A program made the position numbers and the translations under genes. Shown here piece by piece: positions 1 through 10,300 of a stretch of DNA of 16,258 nt (position 1 is the stretch's first letter; the number at the start of each line of letters is the position of its first letter). The stretch covers positions 1 to 16,258 of the forward strand of contig JAYWGM010000085.1 of the NCBI GenBank assembly GCA_043778225.1, given 5' to 3'. The notes under the pieces were generated by a model. It worked only from the letters and a program-made list of their open reading frames with translations, was not told the origin of the DNA and searched no databases. The DNA comes from Deinococcales bacterium (GTDB lineage Bacteria > Deinococcota > Deinococci > Deinococcales > JAAFIG01).

Positions 1-1494
1 ACCGATACTTATATTCTGCGTGGCGACCATCTCGAGATTTACGAACCACACTTTACTTTTCATGGTTTTCGGTTTGTCGAAATAGCGGGCTTGAATTACC
101 AGCCTAGCCTCAAAACAGTCACGGGTATGGTGATCGGTTCGGACACACCAGACACAGGTACTTTTGAATGCTCGAGTAAACTGGTCAATCAGCTTTTTTC
201 TAACATTCGTTGGTCGCAGCGCAGTAATTTTCTGAGTGTCCCAACCGACTGCCCACAACGCGATGAGCGACTTGGCTGGCTCGGCGATAGCCAGATTTTT
301 ATTCGTACCGCCAGTTATAACGCCAATGTCGCTGCTTTTTTTACCAAATGGCTACAAGATGTGACCGATGCCCAAGCGCCAACCGGTGCATATTCGGATG
401 TTGCGCCTCGAGTCGTGGATTATAACGATGCCGCGCCCGCTTGGGGCGATGCTGGAATTATCGTTCCGTGGACGCTGTACCAAGTCTACGGCGATACGCG
501 CATTCTCGAGAAACAATGGGACAGCATGAAGGCTTGGATGAATTACATTGCCGCCGCTAATCCTAATTATTTGTGGCTCGAGCGGCGCAATTATAATTTC
601 GGCGATTGGTTATCGGTGGATGCAGAGACAAACAAAGATGTTTTAGCAACGGCTTACTGGGCATACGATGCAAGTCTGATGGCAAAGATGGCAAGGGCGA
701 TTGGACGCGAAACCGAAGCACTCGAATTTGAAGCGTTATTCAAGAATATCCGCGACGCTTTTCATACAGCGTTTCTCGAGCCAGATGGTTGGATTCGTGG
801 TCATACCCAAACTGGGCAAATCCTCGCACTGCATTTTAATCTTGCACCGCTCGAGCAACGCCAAAGTATGACCAAGCATTTGCTCGAGGATATTGCCAGT
901 AAAAACAATCATCTTTCGACTGGTTTTGTGGGCGTTGGGTATCTATGTCCCACACTGACTGCGACAGGACACCTCGAGACTGCTTACCGATTACTGCTGA
1001 ACGATACTTTTCCATCGTGGGGCTTTTCGATTCGCATGGGCGCAACCAGCATTTGGGAACGCTGGGACGGTTGGACTCCAGAAAACGGCTTTCAGGATGC
1101 GGGCATGAATTCATTCAATCACTATTCGCTGGGCAGTGTCGGACAGTGGTTGTATCAGACCGTTGCGGGTATTGACAACCTCGCACCGGGCTTCAGACGG
1201 ATTAAATTGCAAGCTCAGCCTAGTAGCCTTCTAAGCCATGCTCGAGCCACCTACCAAAGTATTTCAGGCACAATAGAAAGTGCTTGGCAACTCGAGAATC
1301 AAGTTTTTACGTGGAAAGTAAGCATTCCAGCCAACACCACTGCCGAACTGATTTATCCTTTTGCTCATACAGAAATTTTTGAGTCTGGAGAAAAAGTGAT
1401 TCAAGTCTTACGGCTCGAGCATGGTTTGCAAGCTCTTGAGTTGGGTTCTGGTAGCTACGAATTTAGCTCGAGCCTTGATACCTATAATTTCTAA
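1..1494 (+). CDS. Alpha-L-rhamnosidase, GH78 family (5'-truncated by the window edge)
   Basis: Frame 1 is open from base 1 (TDTYILRG...EPHFTFHGFRFVEI), so the TTG at 91 is not the real start. GH78 motifs: FTFHGFRFVE, PTDCPQRDERLGWLGD, GDWL, GATSIWERWD, MNSFNHY, YQSISGTIESAW, IPANTTA. Confidence 0.93.
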   Translation, partial: TDTYILRGDHLEIYEPHFTFHGFRFVEIAGLNYQPSLKTVTGMVIGSDTPDTGTFECSSKLVNQLFSNIRWSQRSNFLSVPTDCPQRDERLGWLGDSQIFIRTASYNANVAAFFTKWLQDVTDAQAPTGAYSDVAPRVVDYNDAAPAWGDAGIIVPWTLYQVYGDTRILEKQWDSMKAWMNYIAAANPNYLWLERRNYNFGDWLSVDAETNKDVLATAYWAYDASLMAKMARAIGRETEALEFEALFKNIRDAFHTAFLEPDGWIRGHTQTGQILALHFNLAPLEQRQSMTKHLLEDIASKNNHLSTGFVGVGYLCPTLTATGHLETAYRLLLNDTFPSWGFSIRMGATSIWERWDGWTPENGFQDAGMNSFNHYSLGSVGQWLYQTVAGIDNLAPGFRRIKLQAQPSSLLSHARATYQSISGTIESAWQLENQVFTWKVSIPANTTAELIYPFAHTEIFESGEKVIQVLRLEHGLQALELGSGSYEFSSSLDTYNF

Positions 1495-1528
1495 ATCAAT
1501 ACACATTCGCAATTAAATGTTTGTTTTA

Positions 1529-1537
1529 TGTTAGTAT
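1529..1537 (+). promoter_or_regulatory. Extended -10 promoter (TG-N-TAGTAT), probably leaderless
   Basis: TGTTAGTAT lies 7 nt upstream of ATG 1545 in an AT-rich intergenic stretch, with no Shine-Dalgarno before that ATG. Confidence 0.5.
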
Positions 1538-1544
1538 TTTTACC

Positions 1545-1760
1545 ATGACTGTAAATCCGAAAATCATCTCGTTCGAGCGACACCAGCAAATCATCAAAAA
1601 TGCTATGAAAAACGGTATAGTTCGAGCTGGGGAATTAACAATTGAGTTCAGTATTCATGAAATGATGGTAGGTCGTGACATGGATTACCTCGAGCAACAA
1701 GGGCTATTCAAGCAAGTCTATGCGTCTCGAGGTACTACGACTGGCGGTTTCCCAACATGA
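1545..1760 (+). pseudogene. Truncated/degenerate DeoR-family regulator (HTH domain only, 71 aa)
   Basis: ERHQQII...NGIVRAGELTIEFSIHEMMVGRDMDYLEQQGL matches the DeoR N-terminal pattern ERxxxI...GxVxVxELAxxFxVSEMTIRRDLxxLExxGL. The sugar-sensor domain is absent and TIRRD is changed to MVGRD. The stop overlaps the next start (ATGA 1757-1760). Confidence 0.65.
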
Positions 1761-2539
1761 TTCAAACATATTTAGCAGCAACCGTTCAGCAATTACTTTT
1801 GGCATATCCTCAAAATCGGGTCATCAACTTGGTTTTTCATGGACATAGCGTCCCAGCCGGCTATTTTGCAACCCCTGTGGTGAATTCCTTAGCAGCATAC
1901 CCTCAGGTTTTACTTTCACTATTAAAACAACGTTTTCCGTTCGCGGTTATAAACGCTATTGTGACCGCCATTGGTGGTGAGAACTCCGAGCAAGGCGCAG
2001 CCCGTTTTTCACAAGCCCTGACGCATCGTCCGAATGTCCTGTGCTTAGATTATGGGCTGAATGACCGTGGAATTGGGTTGGCTCGAGCCAAAGCAGCTTG
2101 GTCTTTAATGATTGAAAAAGCACTTGTTTTAGAAGCAAAAGTTATTTTACTTACGCCAACTTTAGATATTGGCATAGAACTCGAGCCGAACAGCCCGAAT
2201 AGCCTTGCTTTACAAGCTCATGCCCAACAGATTCGGGATTTAGCGCTTGAGTATAGGATTGGTCTAGTGGATAGTTTTGCCATTTTTAGCCAACAGCCGA
2301 ATCTCGAGAATATACTGTCTTGGACAAATCATCCCAATGAAGCAGGGCATGGGCTGCTAGCGGCAGAACTGCTGCGGTTTTTTGCAATTATACCGTCTTT
2401 ATTTAGATACTATGCAATCCGCAAAAAACGCGGATTGCTTCGTACCTGTCAAAGACGGTCTTTGTTGATACTCCTTTTAGTCGGGAAGTTCTACGAACTT
2501 CCTCAATTTGGTATTACAAGTTTAGGAGGCGAATCATGA
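1757..2539 (+). CDS. SGNH/GDSL hydrolase (probable carbohydrate esterase) with a 42-aa repeat-derived C-terminal insertion
   Basis: Blocks FHGHSV (I), IGGE (II), DYGLND (III) and NHPNEAGH (V). ATGA overlaps with both neighbouring genes. Confidence 0.85.
   Translation: MIQTYLAATVQQLLLAYPQNRVINLVFHGHSVPAGYFATPVVNSLAAYPQVLLSLLKQRFPFAVINAIVTAIGGENSEQGAARFSQALTHRPNVLCLDYGLNDRGIGLARAKAAWSLMIEKALVLEAKVILLTPTLDIGIELEPNSPNSLALQAHAQQIRDLALEYRIGLVDSFAIFSQQPNLENILSWTNHPNEAGHGLLAAELLRFFAIIPSLFRYYAIRKKRGLLRTCQRRSLLILLLVGKFYELPQFGITSLGGES
2391..2513. mobile_element. Miniature inverted-repeat element, copy A (123 bp)
   Basis: Ends TACC...GGTA, flanked by TTA (2388-2390) and TTA (2514-2516). Stems: ACCGTCTTT/AAAGACGGT (2392-2400/2451-2459), GCAATCCGC/GCGGATTGC (2414-2422/2430-2438), GGAAGTTC/GAACTTCC (2484-2491/2495-2502). 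Linker 2456-2484 matches 16190-16217. Confidence 0.8.
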
Positions 2540-3957
2540 AAGCTCGAGTTGGTATTTTTGGCATTGGCTTAGAAGCCTACTGGGCGCAATTTATAGGCTT
2601 AAAAGAACGGCTTGAGTCGTACCAAGCCCATGTTGAACAGCAAATAACTGGTTTTGGAGCGACCATTGTTTCGGCTGGCTTAGTGGATAATCACGCTTCG
2701 GCAATGGCAGCCGCCGATTTATTCACCAAAGCTGATACCGATTTTTTGGTTTGTTACGTTGGCACATATGCCACGTCATCCACAGTTTTACCTGTGGTGC
2801 AACGCGCCAAAGTGCCAGTTATTGTGCTGAATCTGCAACCTGTAGCCGCTTTAGATTACGAGAATACCGATACCGCCGAATGGCTTGCCAATTGTTGCGC
2901 TTGTTGTGTACCAGAAATCAGCAATGCCTTTGCACGGGCGCAGATTCAATTTAATGTCGTCAGTGGACAATTATTTAACGACCCTCGAGCTTACGGCGAA
3001 CTGGCAGCCTGGACTCGAGCCGCTACGGCTAAACGCAGTCTGGCGCGTTCCAGAATTGGTTTTCTGGGGCATACTTACCCCGGAATGCTTGATATGTACT
3101 CAGATTTTACAATGGTCACGGCTCAAACAGGGGCGCATATTGAAATTCTCGAGATGGAAGATTTACAAGCCTGTGTTGAAGCTGTTACAGAAGCCGAACT
3201 CAGCGCTAAAATTCTCGAGATTGAAAATACTTTTGAAATTGCTTCACCCGGACGCGATAAAATATCGGTGGCAATCACGCCTGAATCATTTGAATGGTCG
3301 GCTCGAGTGGCTTGTGGGCTTGACCGCATGGTTAAAGACTTTGATTTACAAGGTTTAACCTATTATTACCGAGGCTTAAATGGCAATATTTTCGAGCAAA
3401 TCTGGGCTGGCTTAATTGTTGGCAATTCGCTCTTGACGGCTCGAGGAATTCCAGCCGCCGGCGAAGGCGACTTGAAAACGTGCTTAGCCATGAAAATCAT
3501 GGATGCACTGGGCGCAGGAGGTTCGTACACCGAATTTTATGCGATGGACTTTATTGATAACTTTGTGATGATGGGACACGACGGACCCGGACACATTGCC
3601 ATTGCGAACGGCAAACCCATCTTGCGGGCTTTAGGTCTGTACCACGGTAAACGCGGCGCGGGAATCAGTGTTGAATTCAGTGTCAAAACCGGTCCAATCA
3701 CGATTCTGGGCATGACCCAAACGGCTGGTGGTAAGCTCAAACTTCTGGCAGCCGAAGGGCAATCTCTGGCTGGCTCGAGGCTAAACATTGGCAACACCAA
3801 CTCGAGACTCAAATTTAGCCTTGACCCAGCCGAATTTATGGACGCATGGTGCTTAGAAGGTCCGACCCATCATGTGGCATTGGCGGTCGGACACGAAATC
3901 AAAACGCTGCGAAAATTTGCGCGACTGACAGGTTTAGAGTTTAAAGAAATTGGCTGA
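2536..3957 (+). CDS. L-fucose/L-arabinose isomerase family protein (substrate uncertain)
   Basis: 473 aa; AGGAGG RBS at 2524-2529. AraA-like metal-ligand spacing in AGEGD, YTEF, MGHDGP and GPTHH; N-terminal GIFGIGLEAYWAQF. Confidence 0.85.
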   Translation: MKARVGIFGIGLEAYWAQFIGLKERLESYQAHVEQQITGFGATIVSAGLVDNHASAMAAADLFTKADTDFLVCYVGTYATSSTVLPVVQRAKVPVIVLNLQPVAALDYENTDTAEWLANCCACCVPEISNAFARAQIQFNVVSGQLFNDPRAYGELAAWTRAATAKRSLARSRIGFLGHTYPGMLDMYSDFTMVTAQTGAHIEILEMEDLQACVEAVTEAELSAKILEIENTFEIASPGRDKISVAITPESFEWSARVACGLDRMVKDFDLQGLTYYYRGLNGNIFEQIWAGLIVGNSLLTARGIPAAGEGDLKTCLAMKIMDALGAGGSYTEFYAMDFIDNFVMMGHDGPGHIAIANGKPILRALGLYHGKRGAGISVEFSVKTGPITILGMTQTAGGKLKLLAAEGQSLAGSRLNIGNTNSRLKFSLDPAEFMDAWCLEGPTHHVALAVGHEIKTLRKFARLTGLEFKEIG

Positions 3958-3960
3958 AAA

Positions 3961-3996
3961 CAACACCCCAAGCGAGACGTGGCGTTCTGGGTGTTG
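3961..3996 (+). terminator. Possible terminator hairpin after the isomerase gene
   Basis: CAACACCC (3961-3968) / GGGTGTTG (3989-3996), followed only by CTTT. Long loop and weak U-tract. Confidence 0.35.
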
Positions 3997-4018
3997 CTTT
4001 CGATCACTTTGGATTTGA

Positions 4019-4217
4019 TACCAAATTAAGTTAATCAGTTGTGTATTTTGACTGATTAACCGACTAAGCGCCCAAGCCCGTGAGCGACCACGCCCGTCAG
4101 CGACCCAGCCCGTAAGGTGCATCTTTAGGGTCAAGACAGGTGCGCGTTTGTGGTCAAGAGAGGTGCTGCTTTCAGGGTCAAGATGGGTCAAACGAGAGTG
4201 ATTAAGTTAATTCGGTA
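4019..4217. mobile_element. Miniature inverted-repeat element, copy B (199 bp, inverted relative to A and C)
   Basis: Terminal inverted repeats TACCAAATTAAGTTAATCA / TGATTAAGTTAATTCGGTA (17/19), flanked by TGA (4016-4018) and TGA (4218-4220). 4019-4066 and 4161-4217 are near-identical to the reverse complement of 16211-16258 and 16084-16140. Confidence 0.85.
4067..4184 (+). repeat. Two adjacent degenerate tandem triplications inside copy B
   Basis: 3x16 bp (AGCGCCCAAGCCCGTG / AGCGACCACGCCCGTC / AGCGACCCAGCCCGTA), then 3x23-24 bp (AGGTGCATCTTTAGGGTCAAGAC / AGGTGCGCGTTTGTGGTCAAGAG / AGGTGCTGCTTTCAGGGTCAAGAT). Confidence 0.85.
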
Positions 4218-4245
4218 TGACAGTATTTTGGAGACTCTAATATAC

Positions 4246-4286
4246 TTTGATTCAAATTGCTCCAATATACAATGATTTGAATCAAA
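4246..4286. repeat. 12-bp perfect inverted repeat downstream of cgs (terminator-like or protein-binding site)
   Basis: TTTGATTCAAAT (4246-4257) / ATTTGAATCAAA (4275-4286) with a 17-bp spacer. Confidence 0.6.
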
Positions 4287-4345
4287 TATGCACCGCGTTT
4301 AACGCAGATGATAGTTACGAATTAACTGATTTTCCATACCGCGTT

Positions 4346-7300
4346 TCAAATCCTCTTCCCAAGCACCACCCGCACGAAATGCGCCAGACCATCATTTGTA
4401 AGTTCAAAGCTCGAGCCAACCATGGCTTGACCATCTAGCTCGAGTAATTTTACGCCTTGGCAACAGTGGTCTGGGTTTTCGACTGTTATTTGGTACACAG
4501 AACCGTGGTACTTAAAATCAATTTGGTAGCTCGACCAAGCTCTGGGGATACATGGGTTAATCGTGATGCTTTTGCCGCGCAACTCAAAACCCAGAATTGA
4601 CTCGAGTCCAGCACGGTACAACCAGCCACTCGAGCCAGTGTACCAAGTCCAACCGCCGCGTCCGTTGTGGGGGGGTTGGGCATAGACATCGGCTGCCAAA
4701 ACATAGGGTTCAACTTTATAGCGCAGTGCCTCGGCTCGAGTGCTGCTGTGGGCAATTGGGTTGATCATCGAAAAGAGTTCAAAGGCTTTATCGCCGTCGC
4801 CAAGCATTGCAAAAGCAATCACCGACCAAACAGCCGCATGGGTGTACTGCCCGCCGTTTTCGCGCACCCCGGGCAAGTAGCCTTTGATATAACCGGGGTC
4901 GCGGTTGGTGTGTTCAAAAGGTGGGGTAAACAACAAAACCATCTGTTCGGCAGGTTTGACCAAATACTGATTGAGGGCGTTCATCGCTTGCGTGGCTCGA
5001 GTTGGGTTGGCTGCGCCAGAAATCACTGCCCAAGTCTGGGCGATTGAGTCTATTTTGCATTCATCGTTTTCTGCCGAGCCAAGTGGTGTGCCGTCGTCGT
5101 AGAAGGCACGTTTGTACCAGTCGCCATCCCAAGCATTGGTCTCGAGGGCTTGTTGCAGTTTTTGGGCGTGGGCTTGCCAAGTGTTTGCCCGTTCGGTTTC
5201 TTGGCGGTTGGCGGCTAAGGTTGCCCAAGCCACGAGGTTGGTGTATAAAAACCAACCGAGCCAAACACTTTCGCCTTGTCCATGGCTACCGACTCGGTTC
5301 ATGCCATCGTTCCAGTCGCCTGAGCCAATCAGTGGTAAGCCATGTGTGCCAAGCGCCAGACTTTTCTCGAGGGCTTTTGCGCCGTGTTCAAATAGGCTTG
5401 CCGAAATTTGCGAAACTCGAGGTGTAAAATAGGCATCTTCTTGGTCTGGCTCGAGCAAGTCGCCTTCGATAAACAACACAGGCTGCTCGAGAATTTGCCT
5501 GTCAGTAGTGACTGCTAAATAATGCGAAATCGCATAGGGCAACCAAATTAGGTCGTCAGAAATTCGGGTTCGCACCCCACGACCACTGGGCGGATGCCAC
5601 CAATGCTGCACATCGCCCTCGAGAAATTGGCGGCTGGCTGCCCTCAGAAGCTGTTCTCGAGCCAAATCTGGCTTGAGGCTTGCCAGTGCCATGGTGTCTT
5701 GCAATTGGTCACGGAAACCATACGCACCGCCAGCTTGGTAAAAGCCAGTCCGTCCATAAATTCGTGCCGAAAGTGTCTGGTAGGGCAGCCAGCGATTAAG
5801 CATGATGTCCATGGCGCGATTGGGGGTTTTGACCTGAACCGTGCCAAGGGTATCCTGCCAACTGTTTTTAACCGCTAGAAGCACCAGACTGATGTCGCTG
5901 TTGCGGTATTTTTGCAGCAGTGCCAGTGCCTCGGCTCGAGTTTCAGACTGCCCGAGTAAAACCACGACTTCGATTCGAGCGCCAAGCGGCAAATCCAAGA
6001 CCGTCTGCATGGCTGCACATGGGTCTAAACCAGCGCCTAGTTTATTGCTTAGTTTTTGGTTGGTTTGCAATGCCAAAGGCGAGCTAAGTTGTCCGAAGCG
6101 CCCAATAAAGTCAAGACGGTCGCAAGTAAAACTGGCTTCTTTTCCAGCTTGCCACTGGACAATTAAATCGGTAAAGGCAATAGCACCGCTAAACTCTTCG
6201 CTCCAATGGTTGCGGGCAAGAATGGCTTTGGTTTGCGGCTCGAGTTCGGTGATGATGTGCCGAGCGTTGGCTTCACGGCTTGCGCCCAGCACCCACTCGA
6301 GGTATGCCGTGACCGAAATTTTGCGGGCTTTAGGGCTATGGTTTTCAATGACTAAGTGGGAAATTTTTATCGGGTCTTGGTCGGCAACAAATTGAGTTAG
6401 CTCGAGGTTCAAGCCGTGGGTCTCGTGGGTAAAGCGGCTGTAACCTTGTCCGTGGGCAATGGTGTACGGACTCGAGTCTTCACGAATCGGCAAAGGTGTG
6501 GCGCTAAAGAGTTCGAGTGTTTCTTCGTCGCGGATAAAAATCATTTCGCTTGGGGTATCGCTGACCGGATCGTTTGACCAGACGGTCAGTTTATTTTCGC
6601 GGCTATTTTGCGCCCAAGTGTAGCCAGAACCCGATTCGGAGACCGTAAAACCAAAATTTGGGTTGGCAATCACGTTTATCCATGGGGCGGGAGTCCACTG
6701 TCCAGCCCCAAGCGTGATTTGATACTCGAGTCCGTTTTTGGCAAAGCCACCCAGTCCATTAAAAAACTCAAGGTTGGTCGGTTGCACCGTTGGTTTTTGT
6801 ACGGATGGCAAACGCTTTTGGGTATTCAAGGCGGGTTTTTTGGCAACTGGGGTGCGACTGCGCGAGACCTGTTCGGCTAATGTGCCAAGCCGACTGCGTA
6901 AAACCACCCGTGAAGCGCTTTGCAGTAAATCGTGTTCGGCTTTGGACAGTAAATCGCCGCGCAGCACATAGACATGGGTTGGATTTTCATGAAAATGAAT
7001 TTTTGATCGCACCAGATTTTCAATCGCTTCTTGTAGGGCTTGCATATAGGAAGTCGGTTGTTCGTTAAGAATCACCAAGTCAAAGGTCAAGCCCTTGGTT
7101 TGCCAATACTCGTAAGCCCGTAAAACTTGACTGACCAACTCGAGTTCGGCAAGGTCGTCTATGCGGAGCAGAACAATCGGTAAATCACCAGAAATACCAT
7201 GTCGCCAGAGTCCAGACTGCCCAAGGGTATTGCGCTCCAGAGTTTCGTTGGCTGCCAACAATTGGCTGCTTGGATACAGCAGAAATCCTGCCAAGCGCTG

Positions 7301-10300
7301 GAAAACATGAACTTGGCTGGCACTGATACCCAAATGATGCAGTTCGACTTGGGTGCGTGTCCAAGATAAGGTTAAAGCCCGTTCAAAGGTTTCTGGGTCG
7401 TTGTAGCGTTCAGCAAGCTCGAGTGCAGCAGCTCGAGTGGCAGCCACCAAGGTGCTAAACGTGACCCGAACCGTTGCCCCAGCTTCGAGCCGCACACGGC
7501 GGCGCAAACTTAGAATCGGGTCAAGCACCGCCCCAACTGTGCCAGATAACAAGCCACCATTGATAATCGAGGCTGGCTGATGCACCCCTAAGCCACGCCC
7601 AAGGAAGCGGGCGCGGTCGGTCTCAAATTGTGGCGCTTGGCTGCCCTCGACAACAGCCGTATGGGCAAGCCAAATTCGTGGCTCGAGGGCAGAACGTGGG
7701 CGGCGGGTTGCCAGCAGCGTCCCCGCCACAAACTCGGTTTCCACAAAGAGTTTAGAAAAGGCTGGGTGGGCATCATCGGCAGCAGGTGTCGCCAACACAA
7801 CTTCGTGATAAGAAGTCAGTTCGATTTCTCGAGCTTTGCTGTCGTGGTTGGTCAAGGTAAGGCGGCGCAATTCGGCATCGTCTTCGGGAGAAACAATCAC
7901 CTCCAGTTTGGTTTCAAAATTGCCATCGCGGCGCACAAATTCGGCACGGTCTTCAAAAAATTTGGTCTCAAAAAACTTTGTACCCTCTGGCTCGAGTCCA
8001 AGCGGTTGTGGTGTAGCTGACCAGACCCGCCGCCCAAGCCCACGTTCGTCGGGCAGCACAGCAACATAAATATAGCTGCCATAGTCGTCGCGGGTTGGGT
8101 CTTCACGCCAACGGGTAATGGCTAGGTTATTCCAACGGCTATAGCCCGAGCCAACCGCACTGAGCATGACGTTATAACGACCATTGGATAACATATGGGT
8201 CTGACCAGCCGCCGCCTGCAACGAACTAAAAACCCGTTCATCGGCTGGATTGGTTTCGGTCGGGCGCGAAGCAGTCACTTCTTCGCTGCGCGGACGTGCC
8301 ACCGCCATGGCGCGTGGGGTGCGTTCTTGGAGCAGCAGTTCGGTGGCTTGGACTCGAGCATCACGATGAAAACGTTTGGTCATCTTATCTTCGAGCAGCA
8401 CATTGGCTAATGCCACCAATGCCATTCCCTGATGGTGCGCCATATAATTGCGAACAATCGTCTGGCGTGTGCCTTCGGGTAAGCGCGAAGCGGTAAAATC
8501 TATGGCATCGTAAAAACCATAAATACCCTGCGCCCCAATTGTTTTGAGCCTACGAAAATTCTGGGTGGCAGCCGTTGGGTTAATCATCGCGGCTAAAGCT
8601 GTGGCGTAGGGCGCAATCACCAAATCGTCGCCAAGACCGCGTTTTAAGCCCAAACCAGGCACACCAAATGCCAAATACTGATAATTGAGGGCTAAGTCTC
8701 TGGCAGCAAATGCCGACTCAGAAATCCCCCACGGGATGGGCTGCAAAAGCGTACTGCGCGAAGCCGCATAGGCAATCTGGGCTTGCACCACCAAATGCGA
8801 GGTTTCCTCGAGCAAACTGCCGGCTGGCGAGTGCATCACCAGACGCGGCATCAAGTATTCAAACATCGAACCAGTCCATGAAACCAAGGCCGTACCTTGC
8901 TCGACTGGGGTTAATTCGCGCCCCAAATGAAACCAGTGCGAAGTCGGGACTTCATCTTTAGCAATTGCAATAAAGCTGGTTAAACGGGCTTCAGAAGCCA
9001 ATAAATCATAACTGCTCGAGTCGCGGCGCTGATTGGTCTGGTCATAGCCAATCGCAAAAAGTTTTTTGGTTTCGTCAAACAAAAAGCCAAATTCCATCTT
9101 CAAAAAAAGGTCTTCGGCGCGTTGGGCTAAAGCCTGGAGTCGTGACTCGAGGCTCGGCTCGAGGTTCAGTTCGGACAAAACGCGGTTCGGTTCGGACAAA
9201 ACACCGTTCGGTTCGGACAAAACACGGTTCGGTTCAGGTAAATCACGGATATGACTCTGCAAGCTGGCGCGGAATGCCCGCAACCAGAAATTGAGTTCGC
9301 TGCCCACCAAAAGGCTATTGCCTTGTTCACTGACCAAAGTGGCTGCCATATCGGCGACTGTATCGGCAAGCCATACCAGTTCTTTGAGTTTGTTTACCCA
9401 GTCTTCTGGCATCGTCAGGGCAGCTTCAACGGCTTGGAGGGTGGTGTTTAACTGACTTGGGGTGATGCTTTGTGGACGCTGGTTCTTTGGAATTTCTTGC
9501 GCCACGGCTCGAGCCAATTGCAGCGTATCGGATAAACCTTGCAAGACTTCTGTCCCCAAAAGCGGGCGGCTCTGGAGTTCAAAACAGGCTTGCCGAAACG
9601 CCAGCAAATGCCCCGCCAAATTGCCACTGTCCACAGTCGAAACATAGCGTGGCTCGAGCGGTTGCAGTGTTTGGGTATCGTACCAGTTGTACAAATGCCC
9701 ACGGTATAACTCGAGTTTTTCGATTGAATCAAAACTGAGTTCAAGCCGTTCGATCGTTTCGGTGCGTCCAAGCCAGCCAAAATCGTATGCCGAAATGGTC
9801 GACAAAAGCGCCAAGCCAATGTTGGTTGGGGAAGTCCGATGGGCAATTTTTGGCTGTGGGTCTTCTTGAAAGTTATCGGGTGGCAAATAATGGTCTTGGG
9901 GGCTGATAAAACGTTCAAAAAAACGCCATGTGCGGCGGGCGATTAAACGTAACTCGGTTTGTTGGTCTTGGTTTAAGGTCTCTAAGCGGCGCGGTGGCTG
10001 ATATAAACTTGCCCAGCGTGCCAAAAACGGCGAAAGCGCCCAAAGCACCAAAAACGGCACTGCCACCGACCACGACGAAGGCTGATAGAAGCGCACCAAC
10101 AGCGCCAGAAAAAAAGCCAAAATCGGAGCAGCCAGCATTTGCCGATAAAAAGAGGTCAGGCGCAGACTCGAGCCAGCTTGGGCTTGGGCAGCGGTGCGCC
10201 ACTCGAGCAAATTCCTTTGGGTCACAAAAAGCCGTACCAAGGTGCGAATAATCGCATCAAACATCTGCCACGTTTGGTCAGCTAAAAAAGTTAAGGTCAG

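Noticed and set aside
91..93. TTG start for the rhamnosidase
   Set aside because: The frame is open to base 1 and contains the conserved FTFHGFR motif upstream of this codon.
4067..4184. CRISPR-like array
   Set aside because: The units are directly adjacent with no unique spacers, are degenerate, derive from the element body, and no cas genes are present.
3934..4438. ORFs 3934-4191 (-) and 4247-4438 (+)
   Set aside because: They have weak starts and no RBS, run through the repeat element or antisense to the cgs 3' end, and show no recognisable domains.
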